Source: a virus (lineage: Duplodnaviria; Caudoviricetes). From it: 32,525 nucleotides of DNA. The stretch lies in the IMG/VR virus record IMGVR_UViG_3300036715_002134, positions 1 to 32,525 of that record; one strand, given 5' to 3'. The position numbers and the translations under genes were made by a program. Shown here in pieces: positions 1 through 8,566 of the stretch; within the stretch, counting starts at the first letter, position 1, and every line of letters starts with the position of its first letter. Under the pieces are notes generated by a model, which saw nothing but the letters and a program-made list of their open reading frames with translations, ran no database searches and was not told where the DNA came from.

Positions 1-106
1 TGTCCCGGTAAGAAGGCTTAACCTTTACCTTGAACTTTCCTCGGAGTTCTTCGCCCTCGTCTGTGGTGATGCTCACTACAAATTCGTCTTCGTTCTTCTT
101 TGCCAT
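1..106 (-). CDS. Partial CDS running off the window edge (MAKKNEDEFVVSITTDEGEELRGKFKVKVKPSYRD...); late-strand hypothetical protein
   Basis: ATG at 106-104 with AAGGA SD at 120-116; frame is open to position 1; TAATCT upstream at 179-174. Confidence 0.7.
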   Translation of the reverse strand, partial: MAKKNEDEFVVSITTDEGEELRGKFKVKVKPSYRD

Positions 107-173
107 AAATAATTGTCCTTGTAAATGGGTTTAGGCCAAGGAGTATATCATGCTCGACTCGGCTCATATTTTG

Positions 174-179
174 AGATTA
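174..179 (-). promoter_or_regulatory. TAATCT putative late-promoter motif
   Basis: Same hexamer as upstream of eight other - strand genes; here about 67 nt before the ATG at 106 and back-to-back with a + strand TTGACA. Confidence 0.5.
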
Positions 180-180
180 C

Positions 181-210
181 TTGACACTTTGACCTTTCGC
201 GTGGTATTAA
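181..210 (+). promoter_or_regulatory. Putative sigma70-like early promoter
   Basis: TTGACA(181-186)-18 nt-TATTAA(205-210) with a TG extension; ATG at 217. The -10 box lacks the final T. Confidence 0.5.
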
Positions 211-216
211 GTATTT

Positions 217-732
217 ATGGCTAATCTTGCTTACTACGACGAAGAAGTTAAATCTTTCACGAAGCCTTACACAACTCGACTTCCTGTCGCAATGGTTGAA
301 CCTCTCGTTCGTCTAATCTGCAAGATGTACCCGGTACTTACGACACTTAATCCCGATTTGGTCAAGATTGAGTTCGAGGCAAGTCCACGCCGATTTGGCG
401 GCTTCTACACCCCACCTCCACGTCATCGGTGCATCGTAAGCCCGCGAGGTGGCTACGGAAACCCTTTTGGCGATGAAAAGCTTTGGTTCAACACTCGACA
501 GTTTGGCAACCACGTCTCGGTCGGAATCGTCGTTCATGAAGTCGCCCACATGATTCATTGCCACGACTACAATCTTCGTGCTAATGCACGCGCCAACGAA
601 CTTGGTCACGTACCTCACGAAACGGTTATCCCAAAGGAGCGTTGGCACGGACCCGAACACTGGGCCATTATGGAATACGTTTTTAACCATTTGACTTTTC
701 GGTCTGAAATCGAGGCTGCTAATGTTGGCTAA
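217..732 (+). CDS. Putative zincin metallopeptidase (SprT/YgjP-like)
   Basis: VVHEVAHMIH HExxH motif and downstream WHGPEH third-ligand motif. Confidence 0.65.
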   Translation: MANLAYYDEEVKSFTKPYTTRLPVAMVEPLVRLICKMYPVLTTLNPDLVKIEFEASPRRFGGFYTPPPRHRCIVSPRGGYGNPFGDEKLWFNTRQFGNHVSVGIVVHEVAHMIHCHDYNLRANARANELGHVPHETVIPKERWHGPEHWAIMEYVFNHLTFRSEIEAANVG

Positions 733-1006
733 GTGGGACTTTCGAAAGATGGCGAATTCTTACTCGGTTAAGTACACAAACCTTCAGACCGGGCAGTCAA
801 TGAAGTGTGGGTCAACAGAAGGCCTTGACGGTAACGATATTTTGGTGTATATGCTTGAGCACGGTTCCGCCAACAAAGAGGTCTTTGTAGTTGATGGTAA
901 ATATACCGGTTTTTTAATGCCAACAGTCTATGAAGTCGCGGAAACGCCCGATTTTTCAGCACTTTTGAATCTTACCCTTAACCCCCTTCGACTGGAGCTA
1001 CACTAA
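722..1006 (+). CDS. Hypothetical protein
   Basis: ORF packed in a + strand run; no recognisable motif; start uncertain. Confidence 0.55.
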   Translation: MLAKWDFRKMANSYSVKYTNLQTGQSMKCGSTEGLDGNDILVYMLEHGSANKEVFVVDGKYTGFLMPTVYEVAETPDFSALLNLTLNPLRLELH

Positions 1007-1504
1007 ATGCTTGTACGTGCACCCTCTCTCTCTGTCCGTGACCTCAACACTCTTCGTTCTCTCGTTCGCATTGACCTTTCCCAGTGTATGGCCGCTTTGT
1101 TCGTCCAGAGCAAGGATATGCTGATTGTTCCAGACGCCCCTTCTGACTCGCTCGTTTTTCCGATTTTGGCGACCACACTCTCGATGCAGGCTGTCGATAA
1201 GTACGCGCATTTGACTGACGCTCTTGCCGTGTGGCACTTTAATCTCCAGAGCAGTGGGCGTGAGAGGCTCACTTTGCTTATTAAGGATACCGCCTACGAG
1301 ACTTTTCTTTATCTTACCTCTGACGAGTACATTGACCGAATCCTTTCTGGAATGAAAACCGACAAGGAACGTGAATTTATTACCACTCGTCTTGAGGGCC
1401 GAGCGGAGGTTTGGAAGGCCCTTAAGGAGGCTCCTCAAATTGACCCTCTTGCCGCTGCTTCTAAGCTGTCGCCTTCTGGCAACCAGTCTGGTATGCTTAA
1501 CTAA
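1007..1504 (+). CDS. Hypothetical protein
   Basis: Abuts both neighbours (TAA-ATG upstream, TAATG downstream). Confidence 0.65.
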   Translation: MLVRAPSLSVRDLNTLRSLVRIDLSQCMAALFVQSKDMLIVPDAPSDSLVFPILATTLSMQAVDKYAHLTDALAVWHFNLQSSGRERLTLLIKDTAYETFLYLTSDEYIDRILSGMKTDKEREFITTRLEGRAEVWKALKEAPQIDPLAAASKLSPSGNQSGMLN

Positions 1505-2022
1505 TGGGAAGGCTCATTTCAATTTACAGTGACGGTAGCTCAATGGGCAATAGTTCTGGCCCGATGGGCTGGGGCTGGCTAATTACTGACTGGGACGACA
1601 TTCTTACTGTTGGTTCAGCTGGTGCTGGAGTCGGCACCAACAACTACGCCGAACTTATGGGCGCTTTAGAGGGTCTTAGGGCGGTTGTCGACCGTGGTTG
1701 GCACCTCAAGAATGACATTGAACTTGTGTCCGACTCCCAGTATTGTTTGAAACTTGCTGACGGCACATACTCCCCGACTAAGTACGTAGAAATCGTGAAG
1801 ACACTTCGGGACCTTTTCCTCATCACTAGGGCTTCCGCTAGGTGGGTTCCTGGGCACTCAGGTGATATTTTCAACGACAAGGCTGACGAACTCGCAAAGG
1901 CAGGCAGAGATAGGTACATGCCTGAAGAAGCCAAGTCGCGGAGGCGGGTTCGGCGCCGTGACGAAAAGAAGCGCAAGCGATTGATTGTGAAGGCGTGGAA
2001 GAAGCAAAAGTACGGATACTGA
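1504..2022 (+). CDS. rnhA: Ribonuclease HI with an Arg/Lys-rich C-terminal tail
   Basis: IYSDGS, TNNYAELMG, VSDSQY, WVPGHSG, NDKADELAK: all RNase HI catalytic motifs present. Confidence 0.93.
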   Translation: MGRLISIYSDGSSMGNSSGPMGWGWLITDWDDILTVGSAGAGVGTNNYAELMGALEGLRAVVDRGWHLKNDIELVSDSQYCLKLADGTYSPTKYVEIVKTLRDLFLITRASARWVPGHSGDIFNDKADELAKAGRDRYMPEEAKSRRRVRRRDEKKRKRLIVKAWKKQKYGY

Positions 2023-2032
2023 AAGGAAAATA

Positions 2033-2812
2033 ATGAAGAGCGACGGTGATTTTGAAGTAATGGCGCCTGACTTTGAGACCCACACACCCGATAGCGGGCC
2101 TATTTGGGTCACTCAGTTTACGGAGAATTCGGCACGGACATTTGTAGATGACGTAATGCGCCGACACCTCAAGGACCCTACAGAGCCCCTGATTGTGTAT
2201 ATTAATTCGTACGGAGGCGAGGTTGACGCCCTTTTGTCGATGGTTGACGCCCTAGACGGGATTACTAACCCGCTGATTACCGTTTGCATCGGTAAGGCTA
2301 TGTCGTGCGGCGCTATTCTGTTTTCGCACGGTGACGCCCGTTTTATGGGGCGTAATGCCCGGGCCATGATTCACGAGGTTTCAGGCGGCGCTGTTGGAAA
2401 CGTCGTGGATGTTGAGCAGGATGTTAATGAGCTTCGACGCATCCATAAGGTCTCAATGGCTCTTTTGGCTCGAAACTGCGGCAAGGCAGCCAAGGACCTA
2501 CACAAGCTTTTCAGGGAGAAGCGTGACATTTACCTCGACGCCAAGGCCGCCGTTGAGTTTGGTCTGGCTGACATGATTGGAATTCCGGTCTTGAACAAGA
2601 GCGTCGTTTATGATATTGCTCTTAAGCGGCCCCTCAACCCAGAACGTTTTACCCGAAAGAGTCGCAAGCCTCTTACTGTAGATGATGTAGGGGAACTTCT
2701 TGTAGGGGAACTTCTTTCAGCGTTTGCCGAGACTCCGAAAGATAAGCCATTTAAGAATAAGCTGACACCCGACCCTAAACCTAAAAGCAAGAAGTCCAAG
2801 CCCAAGAAGTAA
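2033..2812 (+). CDS. clpP: ClpP-family serine protease with a Lys-rich C-terminal extension
   Basis: YINSYGGEV, GKAMSCGA (Ser), MIHE (His), RDIYLDAKAAVEFGLAD (Asp); AAGGA SD. Confidence 0.9.
   Translation: MKSDGDFEVMAPDFETHTPDSGPIWVTQFTENSARTFVDDVMRRHLKDPTEPLIVYINSYGGEVDALLSMVDALDGITNPLITVCIGKAMSCGAILFSHGDARFMGRNARAMIHEVSGGAVGNVVDVEQDVNELRRIHKVSMALLARNCGKAAKDLHKLFREKRDIYLDAKAAVEFGLADMIGIPVLNKSVVYDIALKRPLNPERFTRKSRKPLTVDDVGELLVGELLSAFAETPKDKPFKNKLTPDPKPKSKKSKPKK
2686..2715 (+). repeat. Exact 15-bp tandem duplication inside clpP (VGELL x2)
   Basis: TGTAGGGGAACTTCT at 2686-2700 and 2701-2715. Confidence 0.95.
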
Positions 2813-2824
2813 AGGAATTCCCGA

Positions 2825-3502
2825 ATGCGTATCTATTCCGTTGAAGCTGGAAGTTCAATGTATGGAACCCGAGTTGCGACCAGTGATACCGACATTCGGG
2901 AAGTTCACCTTACTTCGCCCGAGAATCTATTGGGGTTTGTCGAGAAGTCCGACCTCGTTCTTAGTCCTGATGCGACGGTCGACTTTCAGTCTTGGGAGCT
3001 TCGCAAGTTCCTTAAGATGGCTGTTTCGGCTAACCCCAATATTCTTGAGGTTCTTTTTGCACCAGAAGATTGTGTCAGGTTCGTTTCAGAAGAATTCGCA
3101 TTTTTTCGCGTAATTAAGAACCTCTTCCTGAGCAAGAGGATTGGCGAGACGTACCTTGGTTACGCAACAAGTAACTACAAGCGGATTCTTTCTAGCCACA
3201 GAAACACCGCAAGTCCGGCTCGCTACGACGCAAAGGATGCAATGCACCTTATTCGTCTGGTCCGCACTGGCATTGAGGCCCTCGAAAAGGAAAGCTTCAA
3301 CGTGCGTCGTACTACGGACGTTTCCTATTTTCTTAGCATTCGGGCAGGCGACGTTCCTTGGGAGCACATTGAGGAAGAGTTCCTCTACGCGAAGAACCGA
3401 ATTAACCAGCTTTTGGAATCTTCACACTTGCCAGAACAGCCAAATATTGCTACTATCAATGAGCAGTGCATTGATATCTACCGAGACAGGAGCAAGATGT
3501 AA
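2825..3502 (+). CDS. Pol-beta superfamily nucleotidyltransferase (RlaP/YcgL-like)
   Basis: GSSMYG...SDTD catalytic motif, NPNILEVL, KDAMHLIRL. Confidence 0.85.
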   Translation: MRIYSVEAGSSMYGTRVATSDTDIREVHLTSPENLLGFVEKSDLVLSPDATVDFQSWELRKFLKMAVSANPNILEVLFAPEDCVRFVSEEFAFFRVIKNLFLSKRIGETYLGYATSNYKRILSSHRNTASPARYDAKDAMHLIRLVRTGIEALEKESFNVRRTTDVSYFLSIRAGDVPWEHIEEEFLYAKNRINQLLESSHLPEQPNIATINEQCIDIYRDRSKM

Positions 3503-3750
3503 TGAACGAGCTTTTGACGCTGGTGATTATTACTGAGGCCCAGAAATCAAGTTTGATGCAGGGTGAGCTTGCTAGCACGTGTAGTATTAAGTGGGGTCCC
3601 CAAGTCGAAAACCGCCGCTGGCTTGCAGCTATCGACAATTGTGTTTGCATTGGGTTTTTGACGCGCCACGCCAATCGCCAGTTGTCGCCTACGGCAGCTG
3701 GAATTAAGTTCGCTCAAAGCCTTGCCGATAACATCTGGGGGCGGCAATGA
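3502..3750 (+). CDS. Small hypothetical protein, possibly winged-helix
   Basis: Translationally coupled on both sides; GFL...LSPTAAG resembles a winged-helix wing. Confidence 0.55.
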   Translation: MNELLTLVIITEAQKSSLMQGELASTCSIKWGPQVENRRWLAAIDNCVCIGFLTRHANRQLSPTAAGIKFAQSLADNIWGRQ

Positions 3751-4199
3751 AACTAACGCACTTTGATAGTGAGCATTTTCTCGCCAAAGCAGATGCTGGA
3801 CTTAGCCCACTTTTGCCTGAAGACGCCCGTAATTTCTTTGACAGAGAGTTGTCTGCGTGCGGAGACTGTGACGGTGGTATTGTAGCTACACTTGACAATG
3901 GGAGAATTGTCGGGTTCATGCGCTATCAAAATGAAGCCGGTGAAAACTCTATTATGTACGGTTGTGGAACTTGGGTCGACCCTGAATACCGAAAGCAGGG
4001 ACTTGCGTTCGACCTTTGGTTAGGAGCAATCGAGGACCTTGGCCCGAGCGTAATTGATTGGGTGGCCGTTTCCGAGGGCGGTCGACGCCTTTTTAATTCT
4101 TTGGAGAAGTTTTGTCGCCAGAACCATCTTTCGGTTCAGTGGGACTATTGTGACGGGACTCATCTACCTCCAGCAAACTGTCGGCCGGATGAGCCTTAA
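3747..4199 (+). CDS. GNAT-family acetyltransferase
   Basis: TWVDPEYRKQGLAFDLW motif A; GRIVGF strand; SEGGRRLF. Confidence 0.8.
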   Translation: MKLTHFDSEHFLAKADAGLSPLLPEDARNFFDRELSACGDCDGGIVATLDNGRIVGFMRYQNEAGENSIMYGCGTWVDPEYRKQGLAFDLWLGAIEDLGPSVIDWVAVSEGGRRLFNSLEKFCRQNHLSVQWDYCDGTHLPPANCRPDEP

Positions 4200-4542
4200 A
4201 TTTATATTGAGGCTTTACTTCTTCTTGCTGTAGGTACGCCTCTACCTCGGGTGGTACTTTGTCAATCGGTTCGTGCCCAAGTGCCCGTAAATGGGCAGCA
4301 TAAGCCATGCCGTGACGTTCCGCTTCAGGCATGTCAAAGGATGCCTGAGCGGCCCTCATTCCACGTAGGTGGTGAGCAGCGGCCTCTGAATGCACCTTCT
4401 TGCGGTAGTCCTCGTAGGCACGTCTTTCGGCTTCTGGCCGTTCATGTCCTTCACCAAACTCTTTAATGGCCGAGTCGTACTCTAGGTCTCCGGCGTGACT
4501 ATCACGCAAGATAGGCCTACCATTCCACGTTTTAGGCTTCAC
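4093..4542 (-). CDS. Hypothetical late-strand protein
   Basis: GTGA start/stop coupling with 4539..5561; 3' end overlaps the + strand GNAT by 107 nt. Confidence 0.65.
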   Translation of the reverse strand: MKPKTWNGRPILRDSHAGDLEYDSAIKEFGEGHERPEAERRAYEDYRKKVHSEAAAHHLRGMRAAQASFDMPEAERHGMAYAAHLRALGHEPIDKVPPEVEAYLQQEEVKPQYKFKAHPADSLLEVDESRHNSPTEPKDGSGDKTSPKN

Positions 4543-5561
4543 TTAAGTGCCTTTCTAAGGGTCTGAAAAGTATTGATTCCCAGTGAAGGGTCTAGCTGTA
4601 GTACATACCCGTCCGAAAATACAGTGGTAGAAATTGACTTGGCGAGTGAGCGCCAGCAAATACACCCGGTAAATTTATTGTTGGTAAAGTTCGGCCTGCC
4701 GCAAGCTGAACAAACCCGAGCAGCTTCCGTTTTCTCTACCTTTAAGGCTGGAAGCTGTGGTTTGGCGGCTTTCTTAGGCTGCTTGGTAGGTGGTGTAGGT
4801 GCTACAGCACCCTCTTGAGCCTGAGGCTTGGCTGTCATCCCGGGTAGCTCAGTCTTAAAGGCGCCGTTTGTCCCGTTCCAAAGAGCTTGACCGGCTGGAG
4901 TTTGCGATGTAGAAGGAACTACCTTTTTGCCAGTTTGCTGCTGAGCATGTGCATAAAGAGCACTAGCAAGACCCTTGCGCTGGTGTGCGGGGTGTACTTG
5001 CACTGTTTCTGGCACTAGCGTATTTTCTGGCGTGTGGGTGAATGCAGCCTCTCCAGCAACCGAACCGTCTGGAGCGTGTGCTCGTACAGTAGTAAGATTA
5101 ATATCCGGGTGGTGTTCGTGGGTGATTTTGTACCCAAGCGATGGGTCTAGAATCCGCTTCGTTAAAGTGTGAATGTCGTCTTTAGCCTTAGCTAAAATGT
5201 CAATCGACTTTCCAAGGCGCTCTAGAATAAGTCCATCTACTTGATGTTTCTTAGATAGCTCGATACCTAATGAAGCGCTAATGGCGGCTGCTACGTGTTC
5301 AGGGGATTTGTCAGTGAATTGATAGTTTCCGTCAGGAAAACTTACTGTACCAGAATAAGTATCTACAGACTTCTTCAGCAGCAAGTAAGAATTCTTTTGG
5401 CCCGGAATACGCCCCTCGTAGCCAGACTGTTGAGCGACCCAAGCCAGTGCGGCCCTAGGGACTAGCACAAGCCTAAGGGATGGTTCGCGGTCAGCTGCTT
5501 TTTGTAGGGCCTTCGCGCCGTCAGACCCTAGAATTTCAGCCAAGAAACTAAAAGCATTCAT
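4539..5561 (-). CDS. Late multidomain protein with an internal GNAT-like domain and C-terminal CxxC..CxC; probable head-associated protein
   Basis: VQVHPAHQRKGLASALY...STSQTPAGQALW; CSAC..CIC; TAATCT-7nt-ATG. Confidence 0.75.
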   Translation of the reverse strand: MNAFSFLAEILGSDGAKALQKAADREPSLRLVLVPRAALAWVAQQSGYEGRIPGQKNSYLLLKKSVDTYSGTVSFPDGNYQFTDKSPEHVAAAISASLGIELSKKHQVDGLILERLGKSIDILAKAKDDIHTLTKRILDPSLGYKITHEHHPDINLTTVRAHAPDGSVAGEAAFTHTPENTLVPETVQVHPAHQRKGLASALYAHAQQQTGKKVVPSTSQTPAGQALWNGTNGAFKTELPGMTAKPQAQEGAVAPTPPTKQPKKAAKPQLPALKVEKTEAARVCSACGRPNFTNNKFTGCICWRSLAKSISTTVFSDGYVLQLDPSLGINTFQTLRKALK

Positions 5562-5568
5562 ACAACCA

Positions 5569-5574
5569 AGATTA
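5569..5574 (-). promoter_or_regulatory. TAATCT putative late promoter, 7 nt before ATG (leaderless type)
   Basis: TAATCT-TGGTTGT-ATG; the TAA is also the stop codon of 5572..6213. Confidence 0.7.
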
Positions 5575-6210
5575 CTTGATTGATTCTACGACACTTTTAA
5601 CAGAAGGCACAAGGTCGTCCAAGACTCCTACCTTTAGAGCGTCGCTTGCGGACAGCCACCAGTCGCCCTCGTCAAGCTTGTTTTCGAGCCAGTCAGGACT
5701 AACACCCATTCTTTGAGCTACATGCTCGATTGCCGCCCTAGAGCGTACAGCTAGTACGTTTGACACTTGACGCAGTTGGCGGGCATTGCCCGAAACGTTC
5801 ATTAAAGAAACGTGATGGAACATGAGTGTGCTGCGGCGAGTTGCATACCTTGACGTACACGACTGCAAGATGTAGAATGCCATCGAATCGGCCTCGCCAT
5901 CTACTACGCACACTACTGGAGAGCTAGAGTCCTCAATAGCTTTGGCAAGAGCGAATCCTGCGTCAACGAGTCCACCCGGACTATTAATTTCCAAGACAAT
6001 CGCTGTAGGGTTGCCGCGATTTAGCTGCTCGATAAGCTTAATTGCTGCATCGACGTTTTCTTGGTCGATTGGCCCATCGTATTTGATTTTAGGTACCTTA
6101 CCTGCTACAGCAACAGTGCTAGCAACAAGTATTGGTTTAGGAGTCGGTTGCACCCCGACTACGAGTAAAAGTAGACCTACTATCACCGCAAAGATATGCA
6201 ATTTTTTCAT
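5572..6210 (-). CDS. Signal-anchored ClpP/crotonase-fold serine protease (S14/S49-like)
   Basis: MKKLHIFAVIVGLLLLVVGV N-terminus; LEINSPGG, ADSMAF (Ser), LMFHH (His), GDWWLSASDALKVGVLD (Asp). Confidence 0.8.
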   Translation of the reverse strand: MKKLHIFAVIVGLLLLVVGVQPTPKPILVASTVAVAGKVPKIKYDGPIDQENVDAAIKLIEQLNRGNPTAIVLEINSPGGLVDAGFALAKAIEDSSSPVVCVVDGEADSMAFYILQSCTSRYATRRSTLMFHHVSLMNVSGNARQLRQVSNVLAVRSRAAIEHVAQRMGVSPDWLENKLDEGDWWLSASDALKVGVLDDLVPSVKSVVESIK

Positions 6211-6229
6211 CAAAAACCCTTCTTTTGGC

Positions 6230-6235
6230 AGATTA
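6230..6235 (-). promoter_or_regulatory. TAATCT putative late promoter, leadered type
   Basis: 19 nt before ATG 6210, with an AGAAGGG SD-like sequence in between. Confidence 0.6.
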
Positions 6236-6266
6236 TCGCAGTGTAATCTCGATTTAATTTGCCCTC

Positions 6267-6295
6267 TTGCAGTCTACCAGAATCCTTGCTATAGT
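6267..6295 (+). promoter_or_regulatory. Putative sigma70-like promoter
   Basis: TTGCAG-17 nt-TATAGT with a TG extension. Confidence 0.65.
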
Positions 6296-6330
6296 TGCAA
6301 TACCCTAGCTGGACAAAACACAAAGGACAA

Positions 6331-6711
6331 ATGAAACCGTTTAAGCATTCTCTGATTTCAGTGAGTAAGTGGGGAGGCAAGCCGGAAGACTACCTTGAAA
6401 TCCACGATTTTCTAGATTCGTCTAAGGCGCACTTCGCTGACATGCGTCATCGGGCAGTTTTTCATTCGACACTAGGTATCTTTTTGTGCGAGCGAATCTT
6501 TGGCCACCACTTGACAAATAGCGACAACCGTCTTGTCTCGGTAAGAGACGTAGCAGAGCAGCACGTTCTGGACGACATGGGGCGTATCCCGAGCGTTCAG
6601 GACTATTTGCAGGGTATGCCCATGTACGACTGGCTGGGCGGCCCGGCTCGTAAGTACACACGTCCAGTCGATACAACCCATAACGCTAAGGATTTTAAGA
6701 ATGTCGATTAA
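6331..6711 (+). CDS. His-rich conserved phage protein (DUF6915-like)
   Basis: MKPFKHS..S..KWGG..EDY..IHDFLDSSK....D.RHRA.FH pattern recalled from this family; AAGGA SD supports the start at 6331. Confidence 0.7.
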   Translation: MKPFKHSLISVSKWGGKPEDYLEIHDFLDSSKAHFADMRHRAVFHSTLGIFLCERIFGHHLTNSDNRLVSVRDVAEQHVLDDMGRIPSVQDYLQGMPMYDWLGGPARKYTRPVDTTHNAKDFKNVD

Positions 6712-7135
6712 AGAGCTTAAGAAGCAGATGGACGAACTCCGCAAGCAGATGAAGACACATGGAAAGTCCGGCCTTGATGCCGATTTTAAGGAGTTTTTTG
6801 AGAAGCACCCGGAAATTACTGGCATTGCTTGGACCCAGTATGCCCCAAGCTTCAATGACGGTGAGCCGTGCGTCTTTAGTGTACACGAGTTCCACTACAC
6901 GAAGGACGAAGACCCGAGTCTAAATGACTTTAGTGGGTACGGCAATAAGGATGATGGCTCGGGCGGCTGGCTTGAGGTTTCGTGGCGTGACACTAACCCA
7001 CTGGAGGAAGCGGTTAGTGAACTTGAAGGTGAATTGATCGACAACGACATTTTTCAGATCTCCTTTGGAGATAGCGTAAAAGTTATGGCGACCAAGGATG
7101 GAATTGTGGTAGAAGAATACTACAACCACGACTAA
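6701..7135 (+). CDS. Acidic conserved phage hypothetical protein
   Basis: Overlaps the upstream gene; WTQYAPSFNDGEPCVFSV motif. Confidence 0.75.
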   Translation: MSIKELKKQMDELRKQMKTHGKSGLDADFKEFFEKHPEITGIAWTQYAPSFNDGEPCVFSVHEFHYTKDEDPSLNDFSGYGNKDDGSGGWLEVSWRDTNPLEEAVSELEGELIDNDIFQISFGDSVKVMATKDGIVVEEYYNHD

Positions 7136-7152
7136 GAGGGTTTCGCTTCTGC

Positions 7153-7182
7153 TTGCCAAACCAAGGGTGTTGCTGATAAGAT
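7153..7182 (+). promoter_or_regulatory. Possible promoter for rtcB
   Basis: TTGCCA-18 nt-TAAGAT with a TG extension. Confidence 0.45.
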
Positions 7183-7264
7183 GTGGAAGCACTTAGAGGT
7201 ATTGTTCGCAACCCAGAAGCTTCACACCCATAAGATTCCCATTGAATAAGTAGTTGGAGATTAA

Positions 7265-8473
7265 ATGACTGACCACGTGGTGTTTAAGGAAGATGACGGA
7301 AAGCCTGTTAAGGCTTGGACCATTGGCGTAGAGTTCGAAGCAGAAGCTCGCAAGCAGCTGACCCAGCTTTCGAAGCTCCCTTTCCTTGGACACCATGTGG
7401 CTGTCATGCCAGACGTACATGCCGGCAAGGGCTGTACGGTTGGCAGTGTAATTCCCACAAAGCGCGTGATTGTGCCGGCTTTTGTCGGGGTTGATATCGG
7501 CTGTGGAATGATTGCGGTTCAGACAAACCTTAAGGCCTCGGACCTTCCAGACAGCCTCAAGTCAATGCGCTCGACCATTGAGGGGCTTGTACCTCACGGC
7601 GGGCCGGGGGAAATCGGCTCTTGGGAGTCGGAGCCTACGATTATGGGCTCTCTGGTTCAGCCCGAGAAGCTTGGAACTTACTTGAGCTTGTGCCGAAAGT
7701 ACCCGGACATTGAGTCCAAGTTCGTTATGCGCCAGTTCGGCACACTTGGCACCGGAAACCACTTCGTTGAAGTCTGCCTTGATACCAACCAGAACGTCTG
7801 GGTAATGCTGCATTCTGGTTCACGAGGGGCTGGAAATCGGATTGGCTCATTTTTCATCGAGCGAGCCAAGGAAGAAATGCGGAATTGGTACATTAATCTT
7901 CCTGACATGGACATGGCATACCTGCCCGAAAATAGCCAATACTACAAGGACTATGTCGTAGCCATGGAATGGGCTCAAAATTACGCTTATTCGAGCCGTA
8001 ACGTCATGCTCCATAACACTCTTATGGCCATGTCTCTTGACCTTGGTAGGCCTGTTGAGACCGTTTCGAACGCGGTAAACTGCCACCATAATTATGTTTC
8101 CATGGAAAATCACTACGGCGAAAACGTCTGGGTTACCCGTAAGGGGGCAGTAAGGGTGCGTAAGGGCGAACTCGGTATTATTCCCGGGTCAATGGGTACC
8201 CGTAGCTACATTGTGCGTGGAAACGGTCGGGAAGACACCTTCGACTCTTGCTCTCACGGTGCGGGTCGGCGTATGTCACGCGGTGTCGCGAAGAAGACTT
8301 TCTCTCTTGAAGACCACGCTAATGCTACAAAAGGCGTCGAGTGCCGCAAGGACGAAGGTGTAATCGACGAAACTCCGGGGGCCTACAAGTCAATTGACGC
8401 CGTAATGGAATCCCAAAAGTCAAACGTCGAAACCGTAGCAACACTTAAACAGGTACTTTGCGTAAAGGGGTAA
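7265..8473 (+). CDS. rtcB: RtcB RNA ligase (joins 3'-P or 2',3'-cyclic-P ends to 5'-OH)
   Basis: MPDVHAGKG, VGVDIGCGM, GTLGTGNHF, HSGSRG, HHNY, IPGSMG, SHGAGR, DETPGAYK, C-terminal VKG. Confidence 0.97.
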   Translation: MTDHVVFKEDDGKPVKAWTIGVEFEAEARKQLTQLSKLPFLGHHVAVMPDVHAGKGCTVGSVIPTKRVIVPAFVGVDIGCGMIAVQTNLKASDLPDSLKSMRSTIEGLVPHGGPGEIGSWESEPTIMGSLVQPEKLGTYLSLCRKYPDIESKFVMRQFGTLGTGNHFVEVCLDTNQNVWVMLHSGSRGAGNRIGSFFIERAKEEMRNWYINLPDMDMAYLPENSQYYKDYVVAMEWAQNYAYSSRNVMLHNTLMAMSLDLGRPVETVSNAVNCHHNYVSMENHYGENVWVTRKGAVRVRKGELGIIPGSMGTRSYIVRGNGREDTFDSCSHGAGRRMSRGVAKKTFSLEDHANATKGVECRKDEGVIDETPGAYKSIDAVMESQKSNVETVATLKQVLCVKG

Positions 8474-8566
8474 ACATGGCTATCATTGCGGAGTTGCAAG
8501 AGGCCCTCAATGCCTCCCTGCCAATTGGCCTTGTGAAGTCGCGTGACTCGGGAGTTGTTTTGACTG

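Noticed and set aside
5095-5100. Intragenic copies of TAATCT (also 16621-16626 on -, and 222-227 and 6244-6249 on +)
   Set aside because: No start codon at the expected distance; a hexamer is expected by chance several times per strand in 32 kb
7181-7249. 22-codon ORF and weak hairpin in the rtcB leader
   Set aside because: The ATG overlaps the predicted -10 box and the pairing is short; not enough support for an attenuator or ncRNA
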